DNA of 64,000 nt, taken from assembly GCA_944376795.1 (NCBI GenBank), contig CALWDW010000001.1, positions 126,106 through 190,105 on the forward strand, in the 5' to 3' direction. Below, piece by piece: positions 32,703 through 42,099 of this stretch. Position numbers and translations under genes: made by a program. Origin of the DNA: an uncultured Christensenellaceae bacterium (GTDB taxonomy: Bacteria; Bacillota; Clostridia; Christensenellales; UMGS416). Within the stretch, counting starts at the first letter, position 1, and each line of letters starts with the position of its first letter. Under the pieces are notes generated by a model. That model saw only the letters and a program-made list of their open reading frames with translations. It made no database searches and was not told where the DNA came from.

Positions 32703-32940
32703 CAAACGATATTATTTTTATCACAATGGTTCGACGTTGTCAATGCTTATTTTGCAATATTTTCCCATGGAAGCAGCATTCGGGCTGGCTGCCGTGCTTT
32801 TCTCCGTTTTGGTGCGGATATTTCCCGTTATTATGGGCATTTCACCCAAGCTTTTCCCGCAATTTACGATGCGGATGTGAAAAGGATCCCGCAAAGGAAA
32901 GACGAATAATAAGAATATACCACATACAAGGAGGCCTCTC

Positions 32941-33975
32941 ATGCGAGCAGCCGTATTATGCGCGAAACGCGATATCCGCATTCAAGACATTCCGATCCCC
33001 GCCATCCGGGAAAACGAGGTGCTCATTCGGGTTGGCTACGCCGGGGTATGCGGCTCCGAAATCGCCCGGGTGGACGGCGCCGCCCACCGCTTCCCTATGG
33101 TGCAGGGACACGAATTTTCCGGCGTCATTGAGAAAACCGGTTCCGCCGTAAAAAATCTTTCCGTAGGACAGGCGGTGGCCGTGGCGCCCTTGGTGGTCTG
33201 CGGTCAGTGCGAAATGTGCCTGCAGGGGCTGCCCTACGCCTGCCGCCATTCCCACTTTATTGGCGTGGCCATGGACGGCGCCTGGTCGGAATTCGCCTCT
33301 GTTCCCGAGAGCAACGTGATTCCCCTCCCCTCCGGGACGGCGCTGCGGGACGGCGCCTTCATTGAACCCGCCACGGTGGCAATTCACGGTCTGGACCTCA
33401 TGGCGCTTCGCCCCGGCCACCCCCTGGCTATCGTGGGCATGGGAACGATTGGGCTGCTGACCCTCCAAGCCGCCAAGCTCTTGGGCGCCGGCCCCACCAC
33501 GGTATTTGACGTCAATCCTGCCCGCCTGGAAGCCGCTGCAGCGCTGGGCGCCGACTTCTGCCTCAACTCTTCCGACCCAGACTGTCTCGCCCAGGTCATG
33601 GAGCGCACCGGACGGCGCGGATTCCCCCAGGTGGCGGAGACGGCAGGCACCGCTGCGGCCGAGGTTCTATCCGTCATGATAACCGGAGCACGGGGAAAAC
33701 TCATGTACATCGGTACACCCGGCAAGGACGTGACCTTTACCCGGGACGAGTTTGAAACCATCAACAAGCGTGAAATGACCGTGATGGGCTCCTGGATGTC
33801 CTATTCCGCCCCTTTCCCCGGTTGGGAGTGGCAGGCCGCCGCCCAATGGCTTTCCCAAGGGAAAATCCTTTTGGACCGTCTCATTGATCGGATCATCCCC
33901 TTGGAAGCACTCCCCCAGGCCTTTGCGGATATCTTTGCCGGAAAGGTCAGCGGCAAGGTATTGATCCAGTTGTGA
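32941..33975 (+). CDS. Zn-dependent sugar-alcohol dehydrogenase (galactitol-1-phosphate dehydrogenase-like)
   Basis: GVCGSE, GHEFSG, CGQCEMC..G....C, GMGTIG, GSWMSYSAPFPG.EW. Confidence 0.88.
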   Translation: MRAAVLCAKRDIRIQDIPIPAIRENEVLIRVGYAGVCGSEIARVDGAAHRFPMVQGHEFSGVIEKTGSAVKNLSVGQAVAVAPLVVCGQCEMCLQGLPYACRHSHFIGVAMDGAWSEFASVPESNVIPLPSGTALRDGAFIEPATVAIHGLDLMALRPGHPLAIVGMGTIGLLTLQAAKLLGAGPTTVFDVNPARLEAAAALGADFCLNSSDPDCLAQVMERTGRRGFPQVAETAGTAAAEVLSVMITGARGKLMYIGTPGKDVTFTRDEFETINKREMTVMGSWMSYSAPFPGWEWQAAAQWLSQGKILLDRLIDRIIPLEALPQAFADIFAGKVSGKVLIQL

Positions 33976-34098
33976 TGCAGCAGTAGAGTTTCCCCCAGCG
34001 GCATCAGGCGCCGCATCACCTCCCTTCTATTGCGCAAAAATCGGCGCCGCATCATACGATGCGGCGTCTGCCTGTGCTTCCCGATATGCTCTTCCCAG

Positions 34099-36333
34099 CT
34101 ATCCCCGGTGTCCTTTATACGCTGCGGCAAAGGCGATGCCGACTGCCAGAACCAATACGCTGGCGCCAAGCAGAATGCCCGTCGAAGCGCCCCCGGCCGT
34201 TGAGTCTCCTACGCCGCCACTTCCGCCGGTTTCGGGGCGCTCCTGTCCGGAATCGCTGCCGGGCCATTCCATTTCCGGCATTTCTCCCCCGTCTTCCGGC
34301 GCCGTAAAGCCCTCCGGAACCTCCATGCCTTCATCCCCGCCGGGCCAAGGCATCGCACCCCCCTGGGGTATTTCCGGTATGCCCTGCCCACTGCCGTCCT
34401 CCGGAACCGCTTCGTCCTCCCCGCCTTCGTCCGCAGCCGGCGGGGTCTCTTCCACAGCCAGTGTCTGGCCCCCACGCTGTTCCTGCGCAATGCCTTCGGA
34501 AGCAGCCTCGTCCTGGCTGCCGGTCCTGCGCATGCCGCCACCCATACTGCTATTCATGGAACCCATATCCGAGATCTGTATTTCCCCGGCGTCAACCAAC
34601 GTACTGCTGTCCTGGGACTGCCCATCCGATGTAGAGGGAATCGTCCCGGCCAATTGTCCCTCAATACTCTCCGCCCGGAGCAGGCAAAATGCCTTCAGTG
34701 TTGCAATCCCCGTTTCAAATTCCTCGTAGGTGCAGAATTTGGTAGGATCCTTTTCCACATAGGGGGAGATCATGGCCTGGACCTGCTCCATCATCTCGGC
34801 AAAGTATCCGCTGGCAAAGTACCCGTCAATAAACTCCGCGAAGGCCTGGTGATACATCTCGGTATACGTTGGATCGGAGAAAATCCATGCCAGCATGGGC
34901 CGTGAGTCCACCGTGCCGCCGGAAACAGGGGTATCAATGGGGTAGTTCACCAAGGCCGTGGCATCCTGGGCCCCCTGGAATCCTCCGAAGGCCAGGTTGT
35001 AGTCCCACGGAATCATGGACAGCTGTCCGTCCTCCTCGTAAAGATAGTAATTGTGGATCATAGAGCCGGTGTAGCTGTCAAAGTTACAGACGAAATTATG
35101 TACCACAAAGTAGCGGATGACCTCCTCTACGTCCACCACATCCTCGATATTCTCACAGTCATTCAGCTGGCGCAGGGATGCAATCAGCCGGTCCTTATCC
35201 GCGTTGGTAATGTCTGTTTTGGCGTTATCAAAGATATTCTCGTAGCTGCTGTAGGCGTCATCGGTATAGACCAGGGAAACGTCGTCGCTGCCCATGCTGC
35301 CGGGCATCATACCCCCGGCGGAAAAGCCCGCAAACCCGCCGTCCTCCGGCCTTTGCATCTCCCTCGCCCGCGAGCCGTCATCCTCCGAAGCAAATCCGTT
35401 TGAACCGGCAAACAGCGCCGCCACTTCCGTAAAGTCCCGGCCGTTGAGAAGATCTTCCACGCTCTCTGCGGTATCGCAGGCAGCCAGCAGAGCCTCCGCA
35501 TCTGTGTAGCCCAGTGCCTCCGCCAGCGTCTGAAGCGCCGCGTCGTCCATGCTCTGCAGCAGACTCTTTACCGTATCAAGCCCCATCTGCCAGGGCATGG
35601 CTTCCATTCCCTTCGCCGGGGATTCCCCAGCCTCTCCCTGTGGCTGCGCGCCGCCATCCTGGGCCTGCCAATCCTCCATATTGAATTGGCCGCCGTTTCC
35701 ACGGCCGCCGCCCATACTCATGCTGTCGGGCTTATACAGCTCGCCGTAATCATTTCCATAGTTTCGGCGCAGGAAGGACTCTTCCACGCCTTCAACAGCC
35801 AAATACAGCCCCCAATCCTCCCCGTTTACCGTTATGTATGCATAGCTGCACAGCGGGGCATCCACCCCAAAGAACCCCATCATCTGGTAGGTCAGGTAGT
35901 CCTTCATATAGGTATTGTCCTGGATGATATTGTTCAGGCTCAGCTTATCCAGGCCGTGATAGCTGATTGCGCTGTCGTAGTGATCAAACTCAATCTTAAA
36001 GCTGTACCGATCGTTCCCATAGCTTGCCACCTGGGTCAGGGAGGTATTGCCCTTGGCGCGAATGGCCACATTGGAGTAGGTTTCCCCGTCAATCACCAAA
36101 GAGCAAAGGGCGTACTCCTCGTCCATACAGCTGTCAAGGAAGCCCTCCCAGTCCTCCATCTCGATGGCAATGGTGTGGACCGTATCCGCATCAAACAGGC
36201 GGTCCTCATAGCCCAGGGCCGCAGACGCCGCCTGGAGGCCCAGTGCCTCCCCATTCATAAAGACAACGGTGAGGACGACAGCCAGCGCTATGGCAATGCA
36301 GCAGATTCGGTCTATCTGTTTATGCGTTGACAT
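34099..36333 (-). CDS. CotH kinase-family membrane protein
   Basis: N-terminal TM; IRAKGNTS, SFKIEFD, LDKLSLNN, GLYLAVEGVEE, GELYKP, NFDSY, HNYYLY, IPWDYNLAFG; low-complexity G/E/M/P tail; C-terminal TM. Confidence 0.88.
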   Translation of the reverse strand: MSTHKQIDRICCIAIALAVVLTVVFMNGEALGLQAASAALGYEDRLFDADTVHTIAIEMEDWEGFLDSCMDEEYALCSLVIDGETYSNVAIRAKGNTSLTQVASYGNDRYSFKIEFDHYDSAISYHGLDKLSLNNIIQDNTYMKDYLTYQMMGFFGVDAPLCSYAYITVNGEDWGLYLAVEGVEESFLRRNYGNDYGELYKPDSMSMGGGRGNGGQFNMEDWQAQDGGAQPQGEAGESPAKGMEAMPWQMGLDTVKSLLQSMDDAALQTLAEALGYTDAEALLAACDTAESVEDLLNGRDFTEVAALFAGSNGFASEDDGSRAREMQRPEDGGFAGFSAGGMMPGSMGSDDVSLVYTDDAYSSYENIFDNAKTDITNADKDRLIASLRQLNDCENIEDVVDVEEVIRYFVVHNFVCNFDSYTGSMIHNYYLYEEDGQLSMIPWDYNLAFGGFQGAQDATALVNYPIDTPVSGGTVDSRPMLAWIFSDPTYTEMYHQAFAEFIDGYFASGYFAEMMEQVQAMISPYVEKDPTKFCTYEEFETGIATLKAFCLLRAESIEGQLAGTIPSTSDGQSQDSSTLVDAGEIQISDMGSMNSSMGGGMRRTGSQDEAASEGIAQEQRGGQTLAVEETPPAADEGGEDEAVPEDGSGQGIPEIPQGGAMPWPGGDEGMEVPEGFTAPEDGGEMPEMEWPGSDSGQERPETGGSGGVGDSTAGGASTGILLGASVLVLAVGIAFAAAYKGHRG

Positions 36334-36344
36334 AGTCCCGCTCC

Positions 36345-37016
36345 TTATCCCATATAGTCCCCATTGTACTGAACCAGCGCCACGCTGCCGACACCGCTCA
36401 TTTCGGAGAGCGCATTGACAAAGCCCGTATCTTCGTCCTTCATCCGCACCTCCACGTTCAGCTCAATGATACCGTCCTGAACTGTCTTGCTCTTGATGGC
36501 AATGCGGCGGGCTTCCTTGCGCAGAAACTCGGTGGCGGCCGCTTCGCTGCCGCGGTTCTCGCAGCGAAGAACCACGATAAAGGGATTGCAGTGGGATTTC
36601 TTATTGGCAAAGAGCAGCAAAATGATTCCGATGACAACACTGCCGAACACTGCCAGCGGGATCAGTCCCGCCGCCAGCACAATGCCTGCGGCAATCGACC
36701 AAAACAGGAAGGCAATATCCAAAGGCTCCTTGATCGCCGTGCGGAAGCGGACGATGGAAAGCGCGCCCACCATGCCCAGGGACAGCACAATATTCGAAGT
36801 GACCGCCAGAATCACCAGCGTTGCAATCATGGTGAGGGCCACCAAAGTGACGCCAAAGCTGGAGGAATACATCACGCCGGCAAAAGTTTTTTTATAAATA
36901 AGAAAAATGAACAGCCCGATTCCAAAGGCTAGTACCATCGATATCCCCATATCCAGAAAGGACACACTGTTGATGTTCTCCAAAAAGCTCGACTTAAAGA
37001 TGTCCTGGAAGCTCAT
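36345..37016 (-). CDS. DUF4956 membrane protein (MgtC/SapB-like TM region plus soluble C-terminal domain)
   Basis: SNIVLSLGMVGALSIVRFRTAIKEPLDIAFLFW signature. Confidence 0.88.
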   Translation of the reverse strand: MSFQDIFKSSFLENINSVSFLDMGISMVLAFGIGLFIFLIYKKTFAGVMYSSSFGVTLVALTMIATLVILAVTSNIVLSLGMVGALSIVRFRTAIKEPLDIAFLFWSIAAGIVLAAGLIPLAVFGSVVIGIILLLFANKKSHCNPFIVVLRCENRGSEAAATEFLRKEARRIAIKSKTVQDGIIELNVEVRMKDEDTGFVNALSEMSGVGSVALVQYNGDYMG

Positions 37017-37043
37017 GATGATTCTCCTTGTCGTTTTCATTGA

Positions 37044-37715
37044 TTAACCGTAAATACGGCACGCGGCGTACTTCGAGAAGGCGGAAGTATGGATGCTGGG
37101 AACCTGTACAAGATCCCGAATTACCGACGGCAAAAACGTGTCCCACTTGACCTCCAAAATGATCGGTGCGTCTCTTGCTGGAATGGTCAGGCTGCGGGGA
37201 TTCAGGAAATCCGTACTGGTCAGCCCGGTGCGTATATCATAGTCCAGCGTAACCCGCACGTTTCCCGGATCATATACAAAGGGTTCCCGGGTATAATCCA
37301 CAATCGTCTTGGGACGCAGCCCTTGGACGGTCATCTTGACGCCCAGCTCCCGCAGCAGAGGCTTCCCGCTGGCTGCGAGCCTTTGCGCTTCGGCGTGCAG
37401 GACGTCCTGTACCTCTTCCGGTGTCAGCGCAGCCTGCTCCTTTCTGCAGAAGCCACGGATTTTGCTCTTTTTCTCCAGCAAAATCCACGAGGTATCCCCA
37501 TTATAATAGCGGACGCGGAATTTCTCCCGGCAGTCCACCCCGTCAATTTTCTCCCGCAGGGCTTTATCCATCCTGTTATCCAGGTACAAACTGCGCACTG
37601 TATACTTTCCATTGACCGTGTGCGCATCCAGCCGCAGGATCACGCGCAGCCGGGCACGGAGCGCAACCAGATCCGAGGGCGCCACCTCGTGCTTCCATTC
37701 ATGGCGGAAATCCAT
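37044..37715 (-). CDS. VTC (polyphosphate polymerase/CYTH-like) domain protein
   Basis: RHEWK, YTVRSLYLDN, EKIDG...REKFRVRYY, LEKKSK, YTREPF, VRVTLD, ILEVKW, FSKY. Confidence 0.88.
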   Translation of the reverse strand: MDFRHEWKHEVAPSDLVALRARLRVILRLDAHTVNGKYTVRSLYLDNRMDKALREKIDGVDCREKFRVRYYNGDTSWILLEKKSKIRGFCRKEQAALTPEEVQDVLHAEAQRLAASGKPLLRELGVKMTVQGLRPKTIVDYTREPFVYDPGNVRVTLDYDIRTGLTSTDFLNPRSLTIPARDAPIILEVKWDTFLPSVIRDLVQVPSIHTSAFSKYAACRIYG

Positions 37716-37743
37716 TGCGTCACCTCCTTTTCTTGCTGCAGTC

Positions 37744-37775
37744 AGTATGCGTTTCAAACCTTAATTGGAACTTAA
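37744..37775 (-). promoter_or_regulatory. OmpR/PhoB-type direct-repeat activator site and -10 element of the VTC operon
   Basis: Minus strand TTAAG-N6-TTAAG (11-bp period) in place of the -35, then CATACT as -10. Confidence 0.6.
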
Positions 37776-37997
37776 AAGCCGACGCAAATTCTTTTGGCAA
37801 ATTCTGAAAAGTCATGGCTTTTCTTCCACATTCCAAAGCAGCGCCCATGGTATGCGACTCTCCTCTCGTCAGCCGTCTGCCATTGCCAAATCTCCGTCAA
37901 TGCGCTATGATTAGGTTCATATCAATTCCTGGATCCCCCATGCGGCCGCGGGAAAACCAGATTTCATTCCTTACTACAAGCAACGGAGGACATCCCC

Positions 37998-38372
37998 ATG
38001 AAACGAGAGCTTGGTATTGCCCGCTGCGGGCTGGCATGCTGCCTCTGCACGGAAAACAACGTCTGCCAGGGCTGCAATTCTGCAGACTGCCCCGATTATG
38101 AAACCTGTGAAAACAGAAAATGCACCCTTGCTAAAGGCATTGGCCACTGCTATGAATGCCAAAAACCCTGCCGTAAGGGGCTGCTGGCAAAAATCAAACC
38201 CTATGCCTTCACCCTCTTTGCCCGAAAATATGGGGAAGAGCGCCTGTTAGACTGCCTTCAGGCCAACGAAAGGAAGGGTGTCCAGTACCACTGCACGGGG
38301 CTGACCGGCGATTACGACGCCTTCGACGATGTGGATGCTTTGATGGATTTCATTCTCACCGGCCAGCGCTAG
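37998..38372 (+). CDS. Cys-rich small protein (DUF3795-like)
   Basis: CGLACCLC...CQGC...C..RKC...KGI.HCYEC..PC; GGAGG RBS. Confidence 0.75.
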   Translation: MKRELGIARCGLACCLCTENNVCQGCNSADCPDYETCENRKCTLAKGIGHCYECQKPCRKGLLAKIKPYAFTLFARKYGEERLLDCLQANERKGVQYHCTGLTGDYDAFDDVDALMDFILTGQR

Positions 38373-38384
38373 CCTCTGTCGCAA

Positions 38385-38430
38385 GACGAACCCCCGGAAG
38401 ACAAACTGCCTTCCGGGGGTTCGTGCTTTC
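38385..38430 (+). terminator. Terminator hairpin
   Basis: ACGAACCCCCGGAAG-loop-CTTCCGGGGGTTCGT followed by GCTTTC. Confidence 0.7.
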
Positions 38431-38587
38431 TATTGGAATCTGCAGTGTGCAGGAAATCCATCAGCAGAATGTCCGGTACACGCATACCCTGTCCAAACCT
38501 TCACCCCGCAAGATCGGCGGATCCTTGACACGGTGAACTGCCGGCTTTCCGTCATACCTGCGCGGCGCATCACCGAGAAGCAATCCG

Positions 38588-38617
38588 GCATATATCCTCC
38601 TCTCTGCCTCATAAACT
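38588..38617 (+). promoter_or_regulatory. sigmaE-like (mother-cell) promoter
   Basis: gcATA-N17-CATAAACT upstream of the spoVB-like gene. Confidence 0.5.
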
Positions 38618-38650
38618 CTTTCGGGCCACAACGGCCGCGAGGAGTATCCC

Positions 38651-40213
38651 ATGAGACGAAGCATCCGTTTTCTGAAAAACGCCCTAATCCTGTGTGCAAC
38701 TTCCATAACCCTGCGTCTCATTGGCATTGGTTTCAATGCCTATATGGTCGAGCGGATTGGCGCGGCAGGCATGGGGCTGTTTCAACTGGTCTCTTCTGTC
38801 TACTTTCTTGCCGTTACCTTCGCCTGTTCAGGGATTCATATGGCCACCACGCGCCTGATAGCCGAGGAACTGGCACGGAACAGTCCCCGGGGACTTCGCG
38901 CAGTCATGAGCCGCTGCCTACTCTACAGCATCACCTTTGGGGGGACAGCCTTCTTCCTTCTCTACTTTGGCGCAGAGGCCTTGGGCGCCGACTGGCTGGG
39001 AGACGGCCGCACCGTTGCCTCCATCCGCATCCTGGCCATTGGCCTGCCCTTTGTCGCCATGTCCTCGGTCCTTCGCGGGTATTTTACCGCAGTGCGCCGG
39101 GTGTCAAAGACCTCGCTGGTGGACATTACAGAGCAGCTGCTGCAGATGGGACTCATCGTATTCCTCCTCACCTGCGTGCTGCCCAGCGGCCTAGAATCGG
39201 CCTGCATTGCCATGGCGCTGGGAGGAACCATATCCGAACTTGGCGCCTGCCTCATGCTGGGGCTGGCACATCTTGCGGACAGGAAGCGTTATTCCGTCCG
39301 CCCGGGTGAGGAAGCCCCGCGCCGCATGCTGCCACGCATCCTGAAGATCTCCCTGCCGGTGGCCTTCAGTGCGTACCTGCGCTCAGGGCTCTCCTCCATG
39401 AACCAGCTGTTGATCCCCGCCTCTCTTCAGCGGCACGGCTTAGATGAGGAAAACGCCCTGGCCCGGTACGGTATGGTGCAGAGCATGGTGATGCCGGTGC
39501 TGCAGCTGCCTGAAATGTTCCTGAGCTCCTTTTCCTCGCTGCTCATCCCGGAGTTTACCGACTTTTATATCAAAAAAGACCAACGCAGCATCGCCCGCAC
39601 CATGACCCTTGTGTTCCGCGCCACCTTTCTTTTCGCCATCGGAGCGCTGGGATTCTTTCTTTGTTTCGCACGGGATATCAGCCAGATGCTCTATCGGGAT
39701 GACACCGTGGGATTCTATCTGGCCATCCTCTCCCCGATGGTCATCCTTATGTACCTGGACCGGGTGGTCGACTGCACCCTCACTGGGCTGCACCAGCAGG
39801 TCAACAGCATGCTCTATAACCTAATTGAATCCATGGTGACCTCCGTGCTTACGTTGGTCCTCATCCCCCGGCTGGGCATGGCGGGCTACGTTCTGGTGCT
39901 CTTCGTTGGAAAGGCCATCAACATGGGAATGAGCCTGGCACGCCTTATCAAGGTAACGGACTTTCACATTGCATTCTGGCAATGGGTCGGTTATCCTGTG
40001 CTGGCCATGATGGTGGGCGTAGCGGCCATTGCCGTGATTCGAAGCTGGATCCTGCCGCCTTGGATTCTTTTGGGCGCCGTATTTCTCGGCATTTACATTC
40101 TCCAACTGGGACTGATGGGCTGCTTTGGTCAAAAAGCGCCGGCCATTTTCTCCCAGCTGCACCGCCCCTGGACTGGCGCCGCAAGCAGCAGCGAAGCCAA
40201 GGAGCGTCCCTAG
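38651..40213 (+). CDS. SpoVB/MurJ-like polysaccharide or lipid II flippase (MOP superfamily)
   Basis: FLKNALIL, IGAAGMGLFQL, SSVLRGYF, EQLLQM, many TM helices; sigmaE-like promoter. Confidence 0.8.
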   Translation: MRRSIRFLKNALILCATSITLRLIGIGFNAYMVERIGAAGMGLFQLVSSVYFLAVTFACSGIHMATTRLIAEELARNSPRGLRAVMSRCLLYSITFGGTAFFLLYFGAEALGADWLGDGRTVASIRILAIGLPFVAMSSVLRGYFTAVRRVSKTSLVDITEQLLQMGLIVFLLTCVLPSGLESACIAMALGGTISELGACLMLGLAHLADRKRYSVRPGEEAPRRMLPRILKISLPVAFSAYLRSGLSSMNQLLIPASLQRHGLDEENALARYGMVQSMVMPVLQLPEMFLSSFSSLLIPEFTDFYIKKDQRSIARTMTLVFRATFLFAIGALGFFLCFARDISQMLYRDDTVGFYLAILSPMVILMYLDRVVDCTLTGLHQQVNSMLYNLIESMVTSVLTLVLIPRLGMAGYVLVLFVGKAINMGMSLARLIKVTDFHIAFWQWVGYPVLAMMVGVAAIAVIRSWILPPWILLGAVFLGIYILQLGLMGCFGQKAPAIFSQLHRPWTGAASSSEAKERP

Positions 40214-40317
40214 CAGCCACATAGCCAGCCCCATCTCTTCTTGGAGGCAGACAGCAAAAAGGCGTCTCCGGCAGATCCCTGCCAGAAACGCCCCATAGGC
40301 ATCGAAGCACACACAGC

Positions 40318-41919
40318 TTATCCCAGAGGAGACCCAGCCAACGCCTCCTCCGCTGCCGCAACCAGTTCCTCATGTACCCGGTCAAAAGCGTCCGGGTCCT
40401 GTTCATAGTCGTCAAAGGCACGGAAGCACCGCGCGCAGAGCGCATCGGCGCGTGGGGCATCCACCCGCGCCAAGGCGTGAAGCAGCTCATAGTCTTCTAC
40501 GCCCGCTTTCATTTGCATATACCGCATGGAGAGCAAGGGACCTTCCGTCCCAGGGTAGATAATATGTGTATCTCCGGCAGGAAGACCCGGATCCCCGCTG
40601 GTCTGCTCAAAGGGATCCTGACCATCACGGATTTGGTTGTATCCCCAGTGCAAATAGCCTGCCAGCCGATATCGGTAGTTCCCCCAATGCAGCAACCGGG
40701 GATGGAGTAGGGGATTGTCCAGGAAACGATTCAGGAACCTACCTCCCGGCATATTGCAGGTATAGAACCACAATGTATTGGCATCGTCCCGCAGATCCTC
40801 AAAATCGTTGCGGTTCTGCTGAAAATAATAGTTTTTGGGAACGTAAATGTCCAGCGCATCCTCGATAAAGAAGATTTCCACGGCGTCTATCAGCTTAATT
40901 CCCGGAAGATACTTCCGATAGATCCCTGCCAGCACACGAAAATCGGACGCACAGCGTTCCTTGGGTTCATCGCAAATATGGACCAACGAAATCTCCCGCC
41001 ACCCATTCTCCGTTAAAAAGGCGTCAAACTGCCGCAGGAACGCCGTCAGATACTTTCTTCCGGGAGTGGACAGGCAGTCCACCGGCCGAGAATCCTCTTC
41101 TTCCGTAATATCCCGGATCTGGAAAGGAATCTCCCCCCAGCTGGGCCGGGTAATTAGGGGCGACCATTCGACGCGTGTAAAGCCTAGGGCAAGAAACCGT
41201 TCCACCAAGGACTTTACGGCGCGGAAGTCAAAGATAGGGCCAGCCTCTGTCCGCTGGGCGCGAAGCTGCTCCCATGTCACCCAAAACACATTCTGATGGC
41301 ATCCGCGCATGGTTCGGGCATACGCTTCCACCATCCTCCAGTGGGCATCGGAACCGAAGTCCAAATGATGGTCCCTCGCCATATTGGGAACGCTAAACCA
41401 GTTGGTCAAGAAGAGCGTTTCCTCAGGCAAAACGGCCCTGCCTATTGTTATATCTAAGGAGATCGCAATCTGCTCTGCGCCCAATTCTATGGTAAGCGCA
41501 CCATGGCTTTCCCCTGCTCTGGCGCCGTGCTCCGGGGTCAAGGCAAAGTAAAAGGCTTCGGTTTCCCGCTTGACCCGGATGCCTTGGATGGGTTCTAGAG
41601 CATCGAAGACACGATAGGGCGCCTTCCGCACCCGATTTGCCGCAATCTCCTCCCAACAATCGGTGGTCAGCGGTCCCGCATGGAGGTTGTTGGTATTGCG
41701 ATTCACGCGGACATCTATTTCCCGGTAGCCCTGGACACAAATGTCCGAAAGCCCCTCCACCCGCCACGTAATGGGCAAACCGGGCTCCAGCCCTTGCACC
41801 AAAACCTGGAACCCACCGGTCTGGCCTCGAAGGAGGGTCATTTCCGCCCTATGAACCTGGGAAACGATGAGAGAATCGGGAAATAGCCACCTGTTCTGGC
41901 TTACAACTTCATACTGCAT
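40318..41919 (-). CDS. DUF4091-domain protein (GH123-like putative glycoside hydrolase), no signal peptide
   Basis: HICDEP, WFYTC..P, NRFLD, GYLHWGYN, PAGDTHIIYP, SMRY...AGVEDYELL. Confidence 0.75.
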   Translation of the reverse strand: MQYEVVSQNRWLFPDSLIVSQVHRAEMTLLRGQTGGFQVLVQGLEPGLPITWRVEGLSDICVQGYREIDVRVNRNTNNLHAGPLTTDCWEEIAANRVRKAPYRVFDALEPIQGIRVKRETEAFYFALTPEHGARAGESHGALTIELGAEQIAISLDITIGRAVLPEETLFLTNWFSVPNMARDHHLDFGSDAHWRMVEAYARTMRGCHQNVFWVTWEQLRAQRTEAGPIFDFRAVKSLVERFLALGFTRVEWSPLITRPSWGEIPFQIRDITEEEDSRPVDCLSTPGRKYLTAFLRQFDAFLTENGWREISLVHICDEPKERCASDFRVLAGIYRKYLPGIKLIDAVEIFFIEDALDIYVPKNYYFQQNRNDFEDLRDDANTLWFYTCNMPGGRFLNRFLDNPLLHPRLLHWGNYRYRLAGYLHWGYNQIRDGQDPFEQTSGDPGLPAGDTHIIYPGTEGPLLSMRYMQMKAGVEDYELLHALARVDAPRADALCARCFRAFDDYEQDPDAFDRVHEELVAAAEEALAGSPLG

Positions 41920-42099
41920 AGCACGGCTCCGTCATGTACTGTATTCCAGGTTACCATAGCATGTCCCCCCGCGGGCGTCAATCGTTTTTGCATTCAGCTG
42001 CATGCAGAATCAGAGCGGCCTTGGGAGCCTAGCTCGGTGAGAGTCGCCCATTTCCAAGAAATTTTCCACATCAATATGACGGCAAACTCTCCTTTTCTC

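Noticed and set aside
34005-34070. Direct repeat GGCGCCGCATCA with a hairpin
   Set aside because: It is adequately explained as a terminator between convergent genes.
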